Source of the DNA: Pirellulales bacterium
GTDB taxonomy: Bacteria > Planctomycetota > Planctomycetia > Pirellulales > UBA1268
Direction: 5' to 3'
DNA: 64,000 nucleotides
NCBI GenBank assembly: GCA_040397585.1
Contig: JBBAVS010000004.1
Span: 717-64,716, forward strand
The notes beneath the pieces were generated by a model. That model did no database searches. It was given only the letters and a program-made list of their open reading frames with translations, and was not told where the DNA came from. The position numbers and the translations under genes were made by a program. Position 1 is the first letter of the stretch. Each line of letters starts with the position of its first letter. Below, piece by piece: positions 16,593-27,219 of the stretch.

Positions 16593-17429
16593 ATGGTTGG
16601 GAAGTCCTTTAGGCATCTGATTCGTGACACGCCCGGCTTGCGGTACGTGGGCCGCGCTTTGCAGCGAACCAAATACGCCATCGTCGACGTGATGCTGCCG
16701 GATGTCGTCCGGACGCTGAGTTGGCTGTTTGCGTCTCGGGAGACGACGAATCTGACCTACGATCTCGAGACGATGAATCGGCAGTTCCTGGCCGCGTTCC
16801 TTGCCCATGTTCTGCACACACCGCGGGCTCAAGTGCTCGCGTATTTCGACGAGGTCGCGCAAGACGAGGATCTGTTGCGCTACTATCGCGAAACCCGTCA
16901 GCGTTCCCCGTTCGCCTTCATCACCGATCCAGAGATCCGGCTCGGCCGGCGACTCCTCTGGTATGCAGCGGTGCGGATCATGAAGCCGGCCGTCGTGGTC
17001 GAGACTGGGGTGGACAAAGGCCTCGGCAGTCTGATCCTCTGCGCGGCCCTGCTCCGCAATGTGGCCGAAGGCCGTCCGGGCCGTTACTTCGGCACCGACA
17101 TCAAGCCCGACGCCGGCTATCTGCTGGGCGGCAAGTATGCCGAAGTCGGCACCATTCTCTACGGCGACTCAATCGAAAGTCTGGAAAAGTTGCCCGAGAC
17201 AATCGACCTATTCATCAGCGACTCGGAGCATGATCCAAGGTATGAAGCGAGAGAATATGACACGATCAGCGGGAAGCTGGCAGGAACGTTTCTGGTCGTC
17301 AGCGATCAGGGAACCAGCTCATTGATGGAAGCGGCTGATCGGCAAGGCTGGACATTCCTCACGTTTCGAGAGCGGTCTACTGGGTCGGTTCTCCAGGGGG
17401 CAGACTTCGGAGTTGCCTTCCCGTCATGA
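16593..17429 (+). CDS. Class I SAM-dependent methyltransferase (Methyltransf_24 / O-methyltransferase-like)
   Basis: VVVETGVDKGLGSLIL and DLFISDSEHD resemble this methyltransferase fold. Confidence 0.6.
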   Translation: MVGKSFRHLIRDTPGLRYVGRALQRTKYAIVDVMLPDVVRTLSWLFASRETTNLTYDLETMNRQFLAAFLAHVLHTPRAQVLAYFDEVAQDEDLLRYYRETRQRSPFAFITDPEIRLGRRLLWYAAVRIMKPAVVVETGVDKGLGSLILCAALLRNVAEGRPGRYFGTDIKPDAGYLLGGKYAEVGTILYGDSIESLEKLPETIDLFISDSEHDPRYEAREYDTISGKLAGTFLVVSDQGTSSLMEAADRQGWTFLTFRERSTGSVLQGADFGVAFPS

Positions 17430-18646
17430 CGGGGCGGGCTGCGCGACACCGACCCAGCGACATGCGCGTCCTCGTCCTCCACAACGACTACCGCATTCGG
17501 GGTGGGGAAGAGTATCTCGTGCAGGCCGTGGCCAACACGCTGCGTGGCGGCGGCGTCGAGGTGGTGGAGTTTCGCAAGCAGCACGTGCACGGCCGCTATG
17601 GTGCGGCAACAGCGTTCTTCAGTGGGCTCGCCAATCCGTTCGCGATTCGAGAGGTCCGGTCGCTAATCGACGCAGTGAGACCAACCCACGCGTTCGTGGA
17701 AAACCTCTACCCGACGATCTCGCCGGCGGTGCTCGAGCCGATTCGAAAGGCCGGTGTGCCGGTGGTCATGAACATCCAGAACTTTCGCCTGGCCTGCCCC
17801 AACGGCCTTCACTACTCGCACGGCGAGATCTGCACGCGCTGCTTGGGCGGCAGGGAGTATTGGTGCGTGCTGCGAAACTGCGAGCGGTCGATGCTGAAGA
17901 GCACTGGCTATGCCCTGCGCAACGCGGTTGCCCGCTGGACGGGAGCGTTCACGGAACACGTCGATGTGTTCACGCCGCCGACCTCGTTTCACGCCCGCTG
18001 GTTGGCTGACCAGGGAATCACGGCCGATCGCATCCACGTCATCCCCAACATGGTTGATGACGACGAGGGCGGTGATTGCTCCGGGACTGGTGACTATGTC
18101 GGCTTCGCCGGCCGTGTCAGTCCGGAAAAGGGCGTGGAGGTGCTGATCGAGGCGGCGCGGCGGCTGCCGCGCGTGCCCTTCCGCATCGCAGGCAGCTTCG
18201 AGCGGATGCCGGCGCTGCCGGCCTCCGCCCCGGCCAATGTCCGCTTCCTCGGCCACCTCGGGCCGAAGGAACTCTCCGATTTTTACGCCTCTGCCCGCGC
18301 CGTTGTGGTGCCAAGCGTGTGGTATGAGGGTTTTCCCACGGTGATTCCGCAAGCCATGCTCCGCGGGCGGCCCGTGATTGCATCGGACATCGGGGGCCTC
18401 GGCGACGTCATCGACGACGGTGTGACCGGCCTGCTGTTCCCCATGGGCGACGCAGCCCACCTCGCGGAGCGAATCGACAAAGTGTGGTCTGATGCCAGCC
18501 TGGCGAGATCCATGGGCTCGGCAGCACGCGAAAAGGCCGTCCGGGAATACTCCCGCGCCCGCTACTTCGACCGCTTGATCGAGGCGTTCTCCGCCGCAGC
18601 GGGTCGGCTTGCCGCAACCGGCGGGGCGCGGGCACCCCGCACATGA
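17426..18646 (+). CDS. Glycosyltransferase family 1
   Basis: MRVLVLHNDY, GRVSPEKGVEVLIEAA, and VPSVWYEGFPTVIPQAMLRGRPVIASDIGG. ATGA overlap with the upstream gene. Confidence 0.85.
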   Translation: MTGRAARHRPSDMRVLVLHNDYRIRGGEEYLVQAVANTLRGGGVEVVEFRKQHVHGRYGAATAFFSGLANPFAIREVRSLIDAVRPTHAFVENLYPTISPAVLEPIRKAGVPVVMNIQNFRLACPNGLHYSHGEICTRCLGGREYWCVLRNCERSMLKSTGYALRNAVARWTGAFTEHVDVFTPPTSFHARWLADQGITADRIHVIPNMVDDDEGGDCSGTGDYVGFAGRVSPEKGVEVLIEAARRLPRVPFRIAGSFERMPALPASAPANVRFLGHLGPKELSDFYASARAVVVPSVWYEGFPTVIPQAMLRGRPVIASDIGGLGDVIDDGVTGLLFPMGDAAHLAERIDKVWSDASLARSMGSAAREKAVREYSRARYFDRLIEAFSAAAGRLAATGGARAPRT

Positions 18647-19485
18647 ACGCCGTGCCCATTGAAGTCAGCATCATCGTCGCCGCAAAAAATGCCAAGCATC
18701 TGCTCGGGGGGCTTTTTGAAAGCATCACCGCGCTGCCGGTCGAGTGCCGGTCAGCCTGCGAGGTGGTCGTTGTCGATGCTGCGTCGTCCGACGGGACTTC
18801 TGCTTGGCTTGAACGCACGGCGGCGGAGGATCGCAGCCTCTCGCTAAGATTCCTGTCGGAGCCCGACGCCGGCGTCGCCGATGCCTGGAACAAGGCAGTG
18901 CGGCTGGCGCGTGGAGAGTGGGTGCTGTTTCTCGGGGCCGACGATCGCGTGGCCGATAGCCTTGCGTTTTCCGCTGCAATTGCGGTGTTGGCTTCCACGT
19001 CGCCGGAGGTGGCGGTGGTGGCATTTCCAATTCTCGTATTCGGGCTGTCGCACGACTCCAGCGCGGTCTGCACTCCGGTCCTTGGCCGCACTAACGCGGC
19101 TTTCCAGCAGGTGAACACACTTCCACACCAGGGCGTGTTTCATCGCCGGGAAGTCTGGCAACGCCACGGCCTGTTCGACACACGATTCGTGTTGGCGGCA
19201 GACTATGAGTTTCTGCTGCGTCTGGTGTCGCGTGGAGAGCGGGTGGCGATCGCTGCTTCGCTCCCGCCCGTGCGCATGGCCGCCGGCGGGATCAGCAAGC
19301 AGGATCCTCTGCGGGTGCTCCGGGAGTTCCGCTTGGCCCAATCGCTGCACGGCGTGACGGGGTTGCGCTGGCGGTGGTGGGCCGCGCTGCTCAGAACCAT
19401 GATCCGCCGTACGTTGGCATCAGTGTTCGGCCCGGTCCGGTCGCGATCCCTGGTTTCGCTCATTCCTTCGGTTGGAATCCAGTAA
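18643..19485 (+). CDS. Glycosyltransferase family 2
   Basis: VSIIVAAKN, VVVDAASSDGT, and FLGADD. ATGA overlap with the upstream gene. Confidence 0.82.
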   Translation: MNAVPIEVSIIVAAKNAKHLLGGLFESITALPVECRSACEVVVVDAASSDGTSAWLERTAAEDRSLSLRFLSEPDAGVADAWNKAVRLARGEWVLFLGADDRVADSLAFSAAIAVLASTSPEVAVVAFPILVFGLSHDSSAVCTPVLGRTNAAFQQVNTLPHQGVFHRREVWQRHGLFDTRFVLAADYEFLLRLVSRGERVAIAASLPPVRMAAGGISKQDPLRVLREFRLAQSLHGVTGLRWRWWAALLRTMIRRTLASVFGPVRSRSLVSLIPSVGIQ

Positions 19486-20296
19486 CACCGTGAGCGACCA
19501 GGCGCCGATCTCCGTCATCGTGCCCTGCCACAACGCCAGGGCGACGATCGTCCGGGCGCTGCTGTCTGTGGCGGAGCAGACCATCGTGCCGGCCGAGGTC
19601 GTGGTGGTTGATGATGCCTCGACCGATGGCACGTCGCTTTTCCTCGAGGAGTGCCAAGCGGAGCGCTGGCCGTTCGTCCTCAAGGTCGTCCGCTTGGAAT
19701 CCCGTTCTGGCCCCGGCGTGGCCCGCAACACCGCGTGGCGAGCGGCAGCGTCAGCCAGCTGCTACGTTGCCTTTCTCGATGCCGACGATATCTGGCTGCC
19801 ACACAAGATCGAAACGCAACTCAACTGGATGGACAAGCATCCGGCGTATGGCTGGTCGGCTCACGCGTGTGGCATCTTCGATGGATCAGCGCGAGCCCGG
19901 CATGATGCGACACGGCGCGATGCCTCGCTTCGGTTCACGACGCTTTCTCGCCGTCGCATGCTCATCCGCAATCCCGTCGCCACTCCGACGGTCATGGCCC
20001 GCTGCCCCGCTCCCTCCCGGTTTCGTAGCGACTGGGACCGCTGCGAGGACCTCATGCTGTGGATTGATTGGCTCGATGCGGGCTATGCAGGCGCGCTGCT
20101 CGACCAGTCTCTGGCGCTGCTTGGCAGACCACCGAAGGCAGCCGGGGGCCTTACGGGCGATTTACGGGGGATGTTCGCCGGCGAACTGCGAATCTTCGAC
20201 ACGCTGGTCTTGGAGCATCGGATGTCGGCCAGCATGGCGGGCCTTTGGAGACTGTATGCGAGCGGGCGATTCCAGCTGAGGGCGATGCGCGCATGA
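19472..20296 (+). CDS. Glycosyltransferase family 2
   Basis: ISVIVPCHNA, VVVVDDASTDGT, and FLDADDIW. Confidence 0.85.
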   Translation: MESSNTVSDQAPISVIVPCHNARATIVRALLSVAEQTIVPAEVVVVDDASTDGTSLFLEECQAERWPFVLKVVRLESRSGPGVARNTAWRAAASASCYVAFLDADDIWLPHKIETQLNWMDKHPAYGWSAHACGIFDGSARARHDATRRDASLRFTTLSRRRMLIRNPVATPTVMARCPAPSRFRSDWDRCEDLMLWIDWLDAGYAGALLDQSLALLGRPPKAAGGLTGDLRGMFAGELRIFDTLVLEHRMSASMAGLWRLYASGRFQLRAMRA

Positions 20297-21480
20297 GTCG
20301 TGTGGCCGGCAGGAGACTGTTGCTCGTGCTCCCGAGCGGCACGAGTTTCCTCACGTTTCTTCGCGGGGTTGCGGATCGCTGGCGTGACATGGATGGCGCC
20401 GTGGCGGTGGCCTGCGGCCCAGACCTCGCGGGGCACGAGCAGAGCGAGTGGCCAGCGGGCGTGCAACGGCTGGCAATCCCCATTGATCGAGCAGGGGGAC
20501 TTTTGGGTACCGTCAGGGCGGCGAGCCGTCTACGACGCCTCGTGGCGGGGTGGCGGCCGGACATCGTGCACTCGCATTTTGCGACCGCCGCCTTGGTGGC
20601 GGCCGTGGCGTCGCTGGGAATGTCACCTCGCAACCCGCTGTGGATGGCCACATTCCATGGGCTGCACGCGACGGTCGCCACGACGTGGCGATCTCGGCTG
20701 GCGGGGCTTGCGGAATCTTTCTCTGCCGCGCGAATGTCAACAGCCTGGGTGCTAAATGACGAGGATTGGGTGTACCTGGAATGTCGCGTTAGTCGCGGAA
20801 TCGTGGAGCGGGTGCCGGGCTTCGGTGTCGGCTGCGACCTTGCCCATTTTGATCCCCAGCGATTCACCAGCGCCGAGAGATCCCGCCTCCGCGAGCAACT
20901 CGGCATGTCGCCACGGGCACGTGCCTTGATCTTCATCGGACGGTGCACCGCGTTCAAAGGCTTCAATGTCGCCATCAGGGCGTTTGAGGAGGCGGCCCGC
21001 TCTTACCCGGACTTGCATTTGATCGTCGTTGGCGCGATCGACGAAGTCCATGGCACGGGGCTCTCCGAGGAAGAGTGGCAGCGCGTAGTCTCGGACGACC
21101 GGATCCATCTCCTGGGCTGGCAGGCGGATGTGGCACGCTGGCTCTCGACGGCCGATCTATGTGTGTTTCCAAGTGAGCGGGAAGGCATGCCTGTCAACGT
21201 GATGGAGTCGCTGGCGATGGGCGTTCCCGTCGTTACGTTCGACTCGCGGGGGTGTCGCGACATCGTCCGCGACCAGGTCGATGGCACCGTCGTGCGGGAG
21301 CCGACCACGGCGGCACTCACCCGCGAGATCCAAGCCCTGCTTGCCGACACAAAAAAACTTGCCCGCTTGGCCTCCAACGCGGTGGCAGGCCGGGAGCGGT
21401 TCAATCGCCGCGGGTTCGTGGACTTCCAGATCGCAGCCTATGCCGAGCGGCTTGATGAGGAAATGCGGCAGGCGGCCTAA
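20293..21480 (+). CDS. Glycosyltransferase family 1
   Basis: Start at MSRVAGRRLLLV (ATGA overlap with the upstream gene). FIGRCTAFKG and FPSEREGMPVNVMESLAMGVPVV. Confidence 0.85.
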   Translation: MSRVAGRRLLLVLPSGTSFLTFLRGVADRWRDMDGAVAVACGPDLAGHEQSEWPAGVQRLAIPIDRAGGLLGTVRAASRLRRLVAGWRPDIVHSHFATAALVAAVASLGMSPRNPLWMATFHGLHATVATTWRSRLAGLAESFSAARMSTAWVLNDEDWVYLECRVSRGIVERVPGFGVGCDLAHFDPQRFTSAERSRLREQLGMSPRARALIFIGRCTAFKGFNVAIRAFEEAARSYPDLHLIVVGAIDEVHGTGLSEEEWQRVVSDDRIHLLGWQADVARWLSTADLCVFPSEREGMPVNVMESLAMGVPVVTFDSRGCRDIVRDQVDGTVVREPTTAALTREIQALLADTKKLARLASNAVAGRERFNRRGFVDFQIAAYAERLDEEMRQAA

Positions 21481-21685
21481 GAGCGATTCTCTCGGATAAG
21501 TTGTTGCTACGTACGAAGTCATAGTAAGGCTACCCTTTCCTCAGAATGCTCCCCGTTGACTCCGCTGGGCATCACAATCAACTCCTGGTGAAGTCGCGTC
21601 GAAGTATGTGCAGACCGTTTACTTGCCGCCGGGGAATACAACGGCTGCTCATGAGTTCAGGGCAAGATTGCTACGCGAAACGAGC

Positions 21686-22525
21686 ATGATTCACGTCGTC
21701 ATTCCCGTCCTTAACCGCTGGCACTTCACCGAGCCGTGCTTGATCGCGCTGCGGCGGCAAACCTGCCAGGAGTTCAAGGTTGTAATCGTCGATCATGGAT
21801 CCACCGACGGAACCCGGCAGCATGTTGCCGCCTCGTTTCCGGAAGTCACGTTGCTGATCGGCGAACTCTCGATGTGGTGGACCGCTGCTACGAATATGGG
21901 CGTGCGATACGCCCTGGCGGAAGGAACAGCCGCCGTCCTGACACTCAACAATGACACGGTGCCGTCAGACACTTACATCGAGGCTCTCCTGCAGGCAGCG
22001 CAGGTTGCGGGGCCTGACGCTCTGATCGGCTCAACTGCCCTTGACCAACGAACCGGAGAAACCGTCTCGACTGGCGAGCGCGTGAATTGGCTGTTGGAAA
22101 AGGCGGAAAGTCCCAGCATGCCAGCAAATTGCAGGCACGCCACGCTCGTGTCCTGCGAGCGATACCCCGGCAGGGGTTTGCTCGTGCCAGCGATAGTTTT
22201 CAGCACCATTGGGCTCTATGACGAGGACGCATTTCCCCATTACCTCGCCGACTACGACTTCTCCCAACGGGCTCGCGCCGCAGGTTTCGCTCTCTACTGC
22301 GCGACCGCGGCTACACTCGGCACGTATCCGGAGGAAACGAGTGGCAACAGCCTTTTAAAACGGAAGTCACTTCGGCACTATTTGCAGCACCTCTTCACGC
22401 GACGTGGCGGCGCCCAGTTAACAAGTTTCTATCGGTATGCCTTTCGGCATTGCCCAGTCTATGCGCTACCGTCTTTTTTGATGCTCGGAACCGCGCGTCG
22501 CCTTGCCGGCTATTGGCTTAAATGA
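21686..22525 (+). CDS. Glycosyltransferase family 2
   Basis: MIHVVIPVLNR, VVIVDHGSTDGT, and TLNNDT. It is preceded by a 205-nt AT-richer gap. Confidence 0.8.
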   Translation: MIHVVIPVLNRWHFTEPCLIALRRQTCQEFKVVIVDHGSTDGTRQHVAASFPEVTLLIGELSMWWTAATNMGVRYALAEGTAAVLTLNNDTVPSDTYIEALLQAAQVAGPDALIGSTALDQRTGETVSTGERVNWLLEKAESPSMPANCRHATLVSCERYPGRGLLVPAIVFSTIGLYDEDAFPHYLADYDFSQRARAAGFALYCATAATLGTYPEETSGNSLLKRKSLRHYLQHLFTRRGGAQLTSFYRYAFRHCPVYALPSFLMLGTARRLAGYWLK

Positions 22526-22550
22526 GGCACAACCTACGGGGCTCAACCCT

Positions 22551-23177
22551 ATGAACATGATCGACGCAAACGCCCGCCAGGTGTGGAGTGAGCATGATCC
22601 ATATACGATCGAGCGCTATACGGAGTTCTGTAGGTATCTCGCTGACGGACAAGCGATCCTCGACATCGGGTGCAACACCGGCCGCGGTGGGGAGTACCTG
22701 CGCGAGCATCTCCCCAACGCCTACCTATGTGGATTGGACCTGCTCGCGGATCGCGTTGCCCAGATTCCTGCAGGAATCTTTGATGAGATTCATTGCTGTG
22801 ACATCGTGACGTGGACGACGACGCGGAGATTTGACCGGATCGTTGCCGGAGAAGTGATCGAGCATGTGCCACCGGAGGTGTTCCACTCGATGCTTCTGAA
22901 GTGCCGGTCGCTGTTGACCGATTCCGGGATGATCATATTCACCACGCCGAATCCGCGGTCGCTGCTAGTCCTTCTTGGCCGCGACGCTGTGTTCCGTGAT
23001 CCGTCCCATGTTAATGTCATGACACCGGCGGACCTTAGGGTTGCTGCTACTAGGGCCGGACTGAAAGTCACCAGCATTCGCGGCACCGGTAAGGCCACGC
23101 GCATGTTTGGCCATCTGCCGTTTTTGCCGCTCTACGGCAGTTATGTCGCAGTCTTGCTTCGCGACGCCATGAAGTAG
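22551..23177 (+). CDS. Class I SAM-dependent methyltransferase
   Basis: ILDIGCNTGRGGEYL (motif I), FDRIVAGEVIEHV, and GMIIFTTPN. Confidence 0.8.
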   Translation: MNMIDANARQVWSEHDPYTIERYTEFCRYLADGQAILDIGCNTGRGGEYLREHLPNAYLCGLDLLADRVAQIPAGIFDEIHCCDIVTWTTTRRFDRIVAGEVIEHVPPEVFHSMLLKCRSLLTDSGMIIFTTPNPRSLLVLLGRDAVFRDPSHVNVMTPADLRVAATRAGLKVTSIRGTGKATRMFGHLPFLPLYGSYVAVLLRDAMK

Positions 23178-23227
23178 GAAGCGGAGTCACGTAGGCGTCC
23201 ATTCAAGAGACAAATCAGGGGTCCAAT

Positions 23228-23887
23228 ATGCAATTGAAGCGACTCGTACGGGCGATAGGGCGGCGCGTGCCGCTTGTGAGCCGGTACGAGATCCGGCGAA
23301 GAGACCGGTTTTTTGATGGACGCGACGCGTACCGACGCACGCGAGACGTACGGCCGCGTGATACCCGTGGCTTGACTCGCGTTCATTACGCATGTGGGAA
23401 GAACTTTCTTGCCGGCTGGCTGAATGTTGATTCCTATCGGCTGGGAAACACGACGGAGGCCTTCGAGTGCATCGATCTCGTGTCCCGGCATCCGTTTCGG
23501 CATGACAGCTTCGAGTTTGGTTATGCCGAAGACTTTCTCGAGCATTTGAACCAAGTCGACTCACTGCTGTTTCTGTTCGAGTGTCTGAGGACGCTGAAGC
23601 CGGGCGGCGTATTGAGGCTCGCTTTCCCGGGTCTGGAAGGTGTGCTCCGGAAGCATTACCCGGATCCCGGCTGGGAGACCGTCAATATCGCAAAAGAAGA
23701 GGCCTACACCCATTTCGATCACCTGCACTTTTATTCCAAGGAAGAGTTGGCCTTGGTCGCACGTCATCTTGGATTCCAGACGGCGACGTTCCATGCGTTC
23801 GGCGAATCGCCCTATCTGCCGCTTCGTGGGATCGATCACAGGGTCGCGCAGAAAGACCTCAATACTTACGCGGAGTTGCAGAAGTAG
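23228..23887 (+). CDS. SAM-dependent methyltransferase-like protein
   Basis: GWLNVD, FEFGYAEDFLEHL, and LRTLKPGGVLRLAFP resemble Methyltransf_11/23-type proteins. Confidence 0.6.
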   Translation: MQLKRLVRAIGRRVPLVSRYEIRRRDRFFDGRDAYRRTRDVRPRDTRGLTRVHYACGKNFLAGWLNVDSYRLGNTTEAFECIDLVSRHPFRHDSFEFGYAEDFLEHLNQVDSLLFLFECLRTLKPGGVLRLAFPGLEGVLRKHYPDPGWETVNIAKEEAYTHFDHLHFYSKEELALVARHLGFQTATFHAFGESPYLPLRGIDHRVAQKDLNTYAELQK

Positions 23888-23921
23888 TGGTGGCTCCTTT
23901 GCTGATCGCTCTCGTGTACGG

Positions 23922-24653
23922 ATGAGCCTCAGATCGGCCATCAGACGGATCCCGCTCTGCCGTGCGATTGGCCGGGCCTGGAACAGGCGCGTTTGGCTGC
24001 AGCGCGCCCGACAGCGGCAGTCCTATTCTCAGAACGGGGAGGACCGTGCCCTGCTGGAACTGTTCCCCGCTGACTTCAAGGGGATCTATGTCGATCTCGG
24101 CGCAAACCATCCGTATTTCATTAGCAATACGCATCTGCTTTACACGCGAGGCTGGCACGGCCTGTGCGTCGATGCCCTTCCCATGTTCGCGCCGCTCTAT
24201 CGTCGGCACCGCCCCCGCGACGTCTTCCTGAACAAAGGCGTGTCCATGACCGCAGGGGCGTTCGACTTCTACGAGATGGACGTTCCCGAGTTATCGACGT
24301 TCTCCCGTGAACTTGCGGATGACCTTGTCGCCAGTCGCCGCGCCGCGCTAACTGCGGTGCACCGCATCGAAGCCGCTCCCGTCTCGGAAATCATCTCCGA
24401 CTTCGCACCCCGCGGCAACTTCGACGTGCTGTCGATCGATGTTGAGGGACTCGATGCCGAGATCGTTCGATCCACCGACTGGGGGTTCGTGAATCCGCGC
24501 GTGGTGATCTGCGAGACCAGTTCGTTCGAGCATGATTGGACCAACGAGATTATCGGCTTGTTCGCCGCTCGCGGTTTTCGGCACTATCGACATGTCGGCT
24601 GTAACGACATCTTCGTGAACACGGCCCCCGGCCGCGATCCGGCCGCGGCGTAG
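23922..24653 (+). CDS. FkbM-family methyltransferase
   Basis: YSQNGEDRALLELF, YVDLGANHPYFISNT, and DVLSIDVEG. Confidence 0.75.
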   Translation: MSLRSAIRRIPLCRAIGRAWNRRVWLQRARQRQSYSQNGEDRALLELFPADFKGIYVDLGANHPYFISNTHLLYTRGWHGLCVDALPMFAPLYRRHRPRDVFLNKGVSMTAGAFDFYEMDVPELSTFSRELADDLVASRRAALTAVHRIEAAPVSEIISDFAPRGNFDVLSIDVEGLDAEIVRSTDWGFVNPRVVICETSSFEHDWTNEIIGLFAARGFRHYRHVGCNDIFVNTAPGRDPAAA

Positions 24654-24740
24654 AACCCCGATTTCAGTCGCCGAGATGCGCGACAAATGAACCAAAAAGA
24701 CACCGTGTCCCGTCAGGCCCGACGGGACCAGTTGCTCATC

Positions 24741-25622
24741 ATGCACACCATACGTGTAAATCTCGCCGGCGGGCTCGGCAATCAGATGTTCATGTATGCC
24801 GCGGGCAGGGCGCTGGCGGAACGCACGAGCGGAAGGCTGCTCCTGAATCGAGCGGCGTTCCGCCGCGACCGGGTGTTCAAGCGGGTGTTTTTACTCGACA
24901 GGTTTCCAGTGTCTGCCACCATCCTGCCGGACGATTGGTCGGGCCGTGCACTCGACGCGGTCGACTCGCTCTCGTTGGCATGTCCGTGGCTTGTTCCGGG
25001 ATTGACCGTGATACGCGAGCCTTTAAACAGCGGAGAATCGGCCTTCTGCGAGGAACTCCTGCGAACGGGCGAGGGACGTTCCGTGTCGCTGAGAGGCTAC
25101 TGGCAAGATGAACGATACTTTCGCGACTGTGCCGGGATTATCCGCCGTGAGTTCGCCCCGCCTCCCATCGGCGATTCATCGGCAGCGGAGTATCGTCTGC
25201 TGATCGAGCAGGCGCCACATCCTGTGGCGGTGTGTATTCGATTCTTCCGGGAAGGACCTGGCGAGACGAGCGAGCCCGGAATGATCATCGCAGCTTTCCG
25301 CCGTGTCGTGGCCGAGCATGCCCGCTGCGTTCCCGGCTGCCAGTATTTCGTGTTTACCGAGGAGCCCAGTTACTTCGGTGATCCAATGAGCCTGGGCGTC
25401 TATGCGACGGTTGTAAAAAACGGGTCACGAAATGAGGATGCGCCGACGCACCTGCACCTGATCTCGTTATGCCGCACGTTCTTCATCGGCTACAGCTCCT
25501 TCCACTGGTGGGGCGCATGGCTGGGCGAACACGCCTGTAAGAAAGTCACCTACCTGCATTTCCCGGGCCGCCGCGGCGCGGATTATGCGGCCGCGGGCTG
25601 GAACGTCGTGGACGTCGCATGA
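24741..25622 (+). CDS. GT11-family alpha-1,2-fucosyltransferase-like glycosyltransferase
   Basis: N-terminal LAGGLGNQMFMYAAGRALA, FVFTEEPSYF, and GYSSFHWWGAWLG match GT11 signature blocks. The HxRRGD block is diverged. Confidence 0.75.
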   Translation: MHTIRVNLAGGLGNQMFMYAAGRALAERTSGRLLLNRAAFRRDRVFKRVFLLDRFPVSATILPDDWSGRALDAVDSLSLACPWLVPGLTVIREPLNSGESAFCEELLRTGEGRSVSLRGYWQDERYFRDCAGIIRREFAPPPIGDSSAAEYRLLIEQAPHPVAVCIRFFREGPGETSEPGMIIAAFRRVVAEHARCVPGCQYFVFTEEPSYFGDPMSLGVYATVVKNGSRNEDAPTHLHLISLCRTFFIGYSSFHWWGAWLGEHACKKVTYLHFPGRRGADYAAAGWNVVDVA

Positions 25623-25677
25623 CACTGATAACGCAGACGATGACCGCCGCCATACGGCAGCGTCCGAGCCTGCCGTC

Positions 25678-27219
25678 ATGAAGACGAGGCTTGTATCCAT
25701 TGGCCGGCGGCTCTGGAGGAGTCAAGCCGCAAGGAATGCGGCGGCGTCCTATTTCGCGTTCGCATCGGCAGCAATCTGCGGACTGATATCCATACCGATC
25801 ACGGTCCGCTATCTCGACAAGGCGGAAATCGGGCTTTGGGCGGTCGTCAGCAACGTCGTCGCCTACCTTTTGTGGATCGACCTGGGGGTGGGCGAGGCGA
25901 CCGGTCGGAAGATGGCCGAGGCGATTGCCCATGACGACGCTGCTGAGGTCAACCGCTGGTGGACCACATCGCTCACGGTGTTGGCAATCCAGGGGGCGGT
26001 AATGCTAGCGTTAGCCTTGCTGCTGCTCCCATTTCTCAACAGCTTTCTTCGTCTCGATAGCCGGCTCGCGAGTGACGCGAGGTTTCTGTTTCTCGGCTTG
26101 GTGGCAGTTTCGGCGTTAGGTATGCCAGTCAGGGCTTATCCTGGGATTCTCCTCGCCCAACAAAGATTTTACTGGGTTTCCGTCGGCCACGGCATCATGC
26201 CCTGGGTGCAGTTACTGGTTTTTGCAACGCTCCTGAAACTGGGGTTCGGTATGCGATCCTATCTGGTCGCCAGCGCTGCCAGCTGTATGGTGGGCTGGAC
26301 GTTGTTCGTCATACAAACACACCGCGGTAATGCGAGGTTTTCGCTTGATCGTCAGGGCTTGACCAGGACTCGTCTCGCATCGCTATTTCGCTACAGCGGG
26401 TCGATCGCCGTCATGGGACTAACCACGACAGTCATGCAATCGCTGCCATCTTTGATTCTTGCACGCCTTGGTGGCCTCGCATTGGTCCCTGTGTACTCTT
26501 TCTCAAACTACTGCCCAGGAATGCTGCGCGGACTTACGTCGCGCACCGCTCATGCGTTTTATCCAAACCTCCAGAGGATGTTCGTTGTCGGTGAGCGAGA
26601 GCGGTTAATCGGGAAAGTCAAAGCGGTCAACCTTCTTGCGATCGGGATGTCGCTCGTGGCGGCTGGAGGAATCCTCGTCTGCAACCGAAGCATCGTGGAA
26701 TGGGTGGCACACAGAGACTTCTACGCCGGCGCGGTAGCGACAGGATGGATGGCCGTGTCCGTGATCATGCTGACGCTGCTTTCGTGCTTTACAGACCTCC
26801 TGCAGATCTCTGGGTCGTTGGGACGCATCGCTTTCCTGAATATGGTGCAGTTGATCGCGGGGGCGGTTTTCCTGTGGCTAGGCTACGGTTGGGCAGGAAT
26901 AGCAGGACTCGCTGCAGCCGCGGCGTTCGTTCCGATCGTGTTTCAGGGGCCATACGCACTGATTCGCGGAGCCGAGAACTGCGGGCTGAACCCCCGGCAG
27001 ATTGCTGGTCACATCTGCCTGGTTGCAGCGTTGGGATGCACGAGCGTCGTCATACTTTCCCACTGGCTATCGACACTCGCGATTACGTCTTCCGACGTGG
27101 TAGTGATTCACCGTATGACACGACTACCGACAGCGGCGGAATGGGTCGCAGGACTTGCAGTAGCTGTTCCAGGAGTTGCGATTGTGATGAGGCAGATAGT
27201 GCATCTCAAACGCCGTTGA
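25678..27219 (+). CDS. Wzx-like oligosaccharide flippase (MOP superfamily), copy 1
   Basis: About 12-14 TM segments and N-terminal NAAASYFAFASAAICGLISIPITVRYLDKAEIGLW. It is colinear with its paralog at 31539-33080. Confidence 0.78.
   Translation: MKTRLVSIGRRLWRSQAARNAAASYFAFASAAICGLISIPITVRYLDKAEIGLWAVVSNVVAYLLWIDLGVGEATGRKMAEAIAHDDAAEVNRWWTTSLTVLAIQGAVMLALALLLLPFLNSFLRLDSRLASDARFLFLGLVAVSALGMPVRAYPGILLAQQRFYWVSVGHGIMPWVQLLVFATLLKLGFGMRSYLVASAASCMVGWTLFVIQTHRGNARFSLDRQGLTRTRLASLFRYSGSIAVMGLTTTVMQSLPSLILARLGGLALVPVYSFSNYCPGMLRGLTSRTAHAFYPNLQRMFVVGERERLIGKVKAVNLLAIGMSLVAAGGILVCNRSIVEWVAHRDFYAGAVATGWMAVSVIMLTLLSCFTDLLQISGSLGRIAFLNMVQLIAGAVFLWLGYGWAGIAGLAAAAAFVPIVFQGPYALIRGAENCGLNPRQIAGHICLVAALGCTSVVILSHWLSTLAITSSDVVVIHRMTRLPTAAEWVAGLAVAVPGVAIVMRQIVHLKRR

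Noticed and set aside
21540-21590. Promoter-like TTGACT hexamer in the 205-nt gap before the GT2 gene
   Set aside because: The nearest -10-like hexamer (CACAAT) lies at a non-canonical spacing of about 11 nt. The promoter consensus for this lineage is unknown to me, so the call is not supportable.
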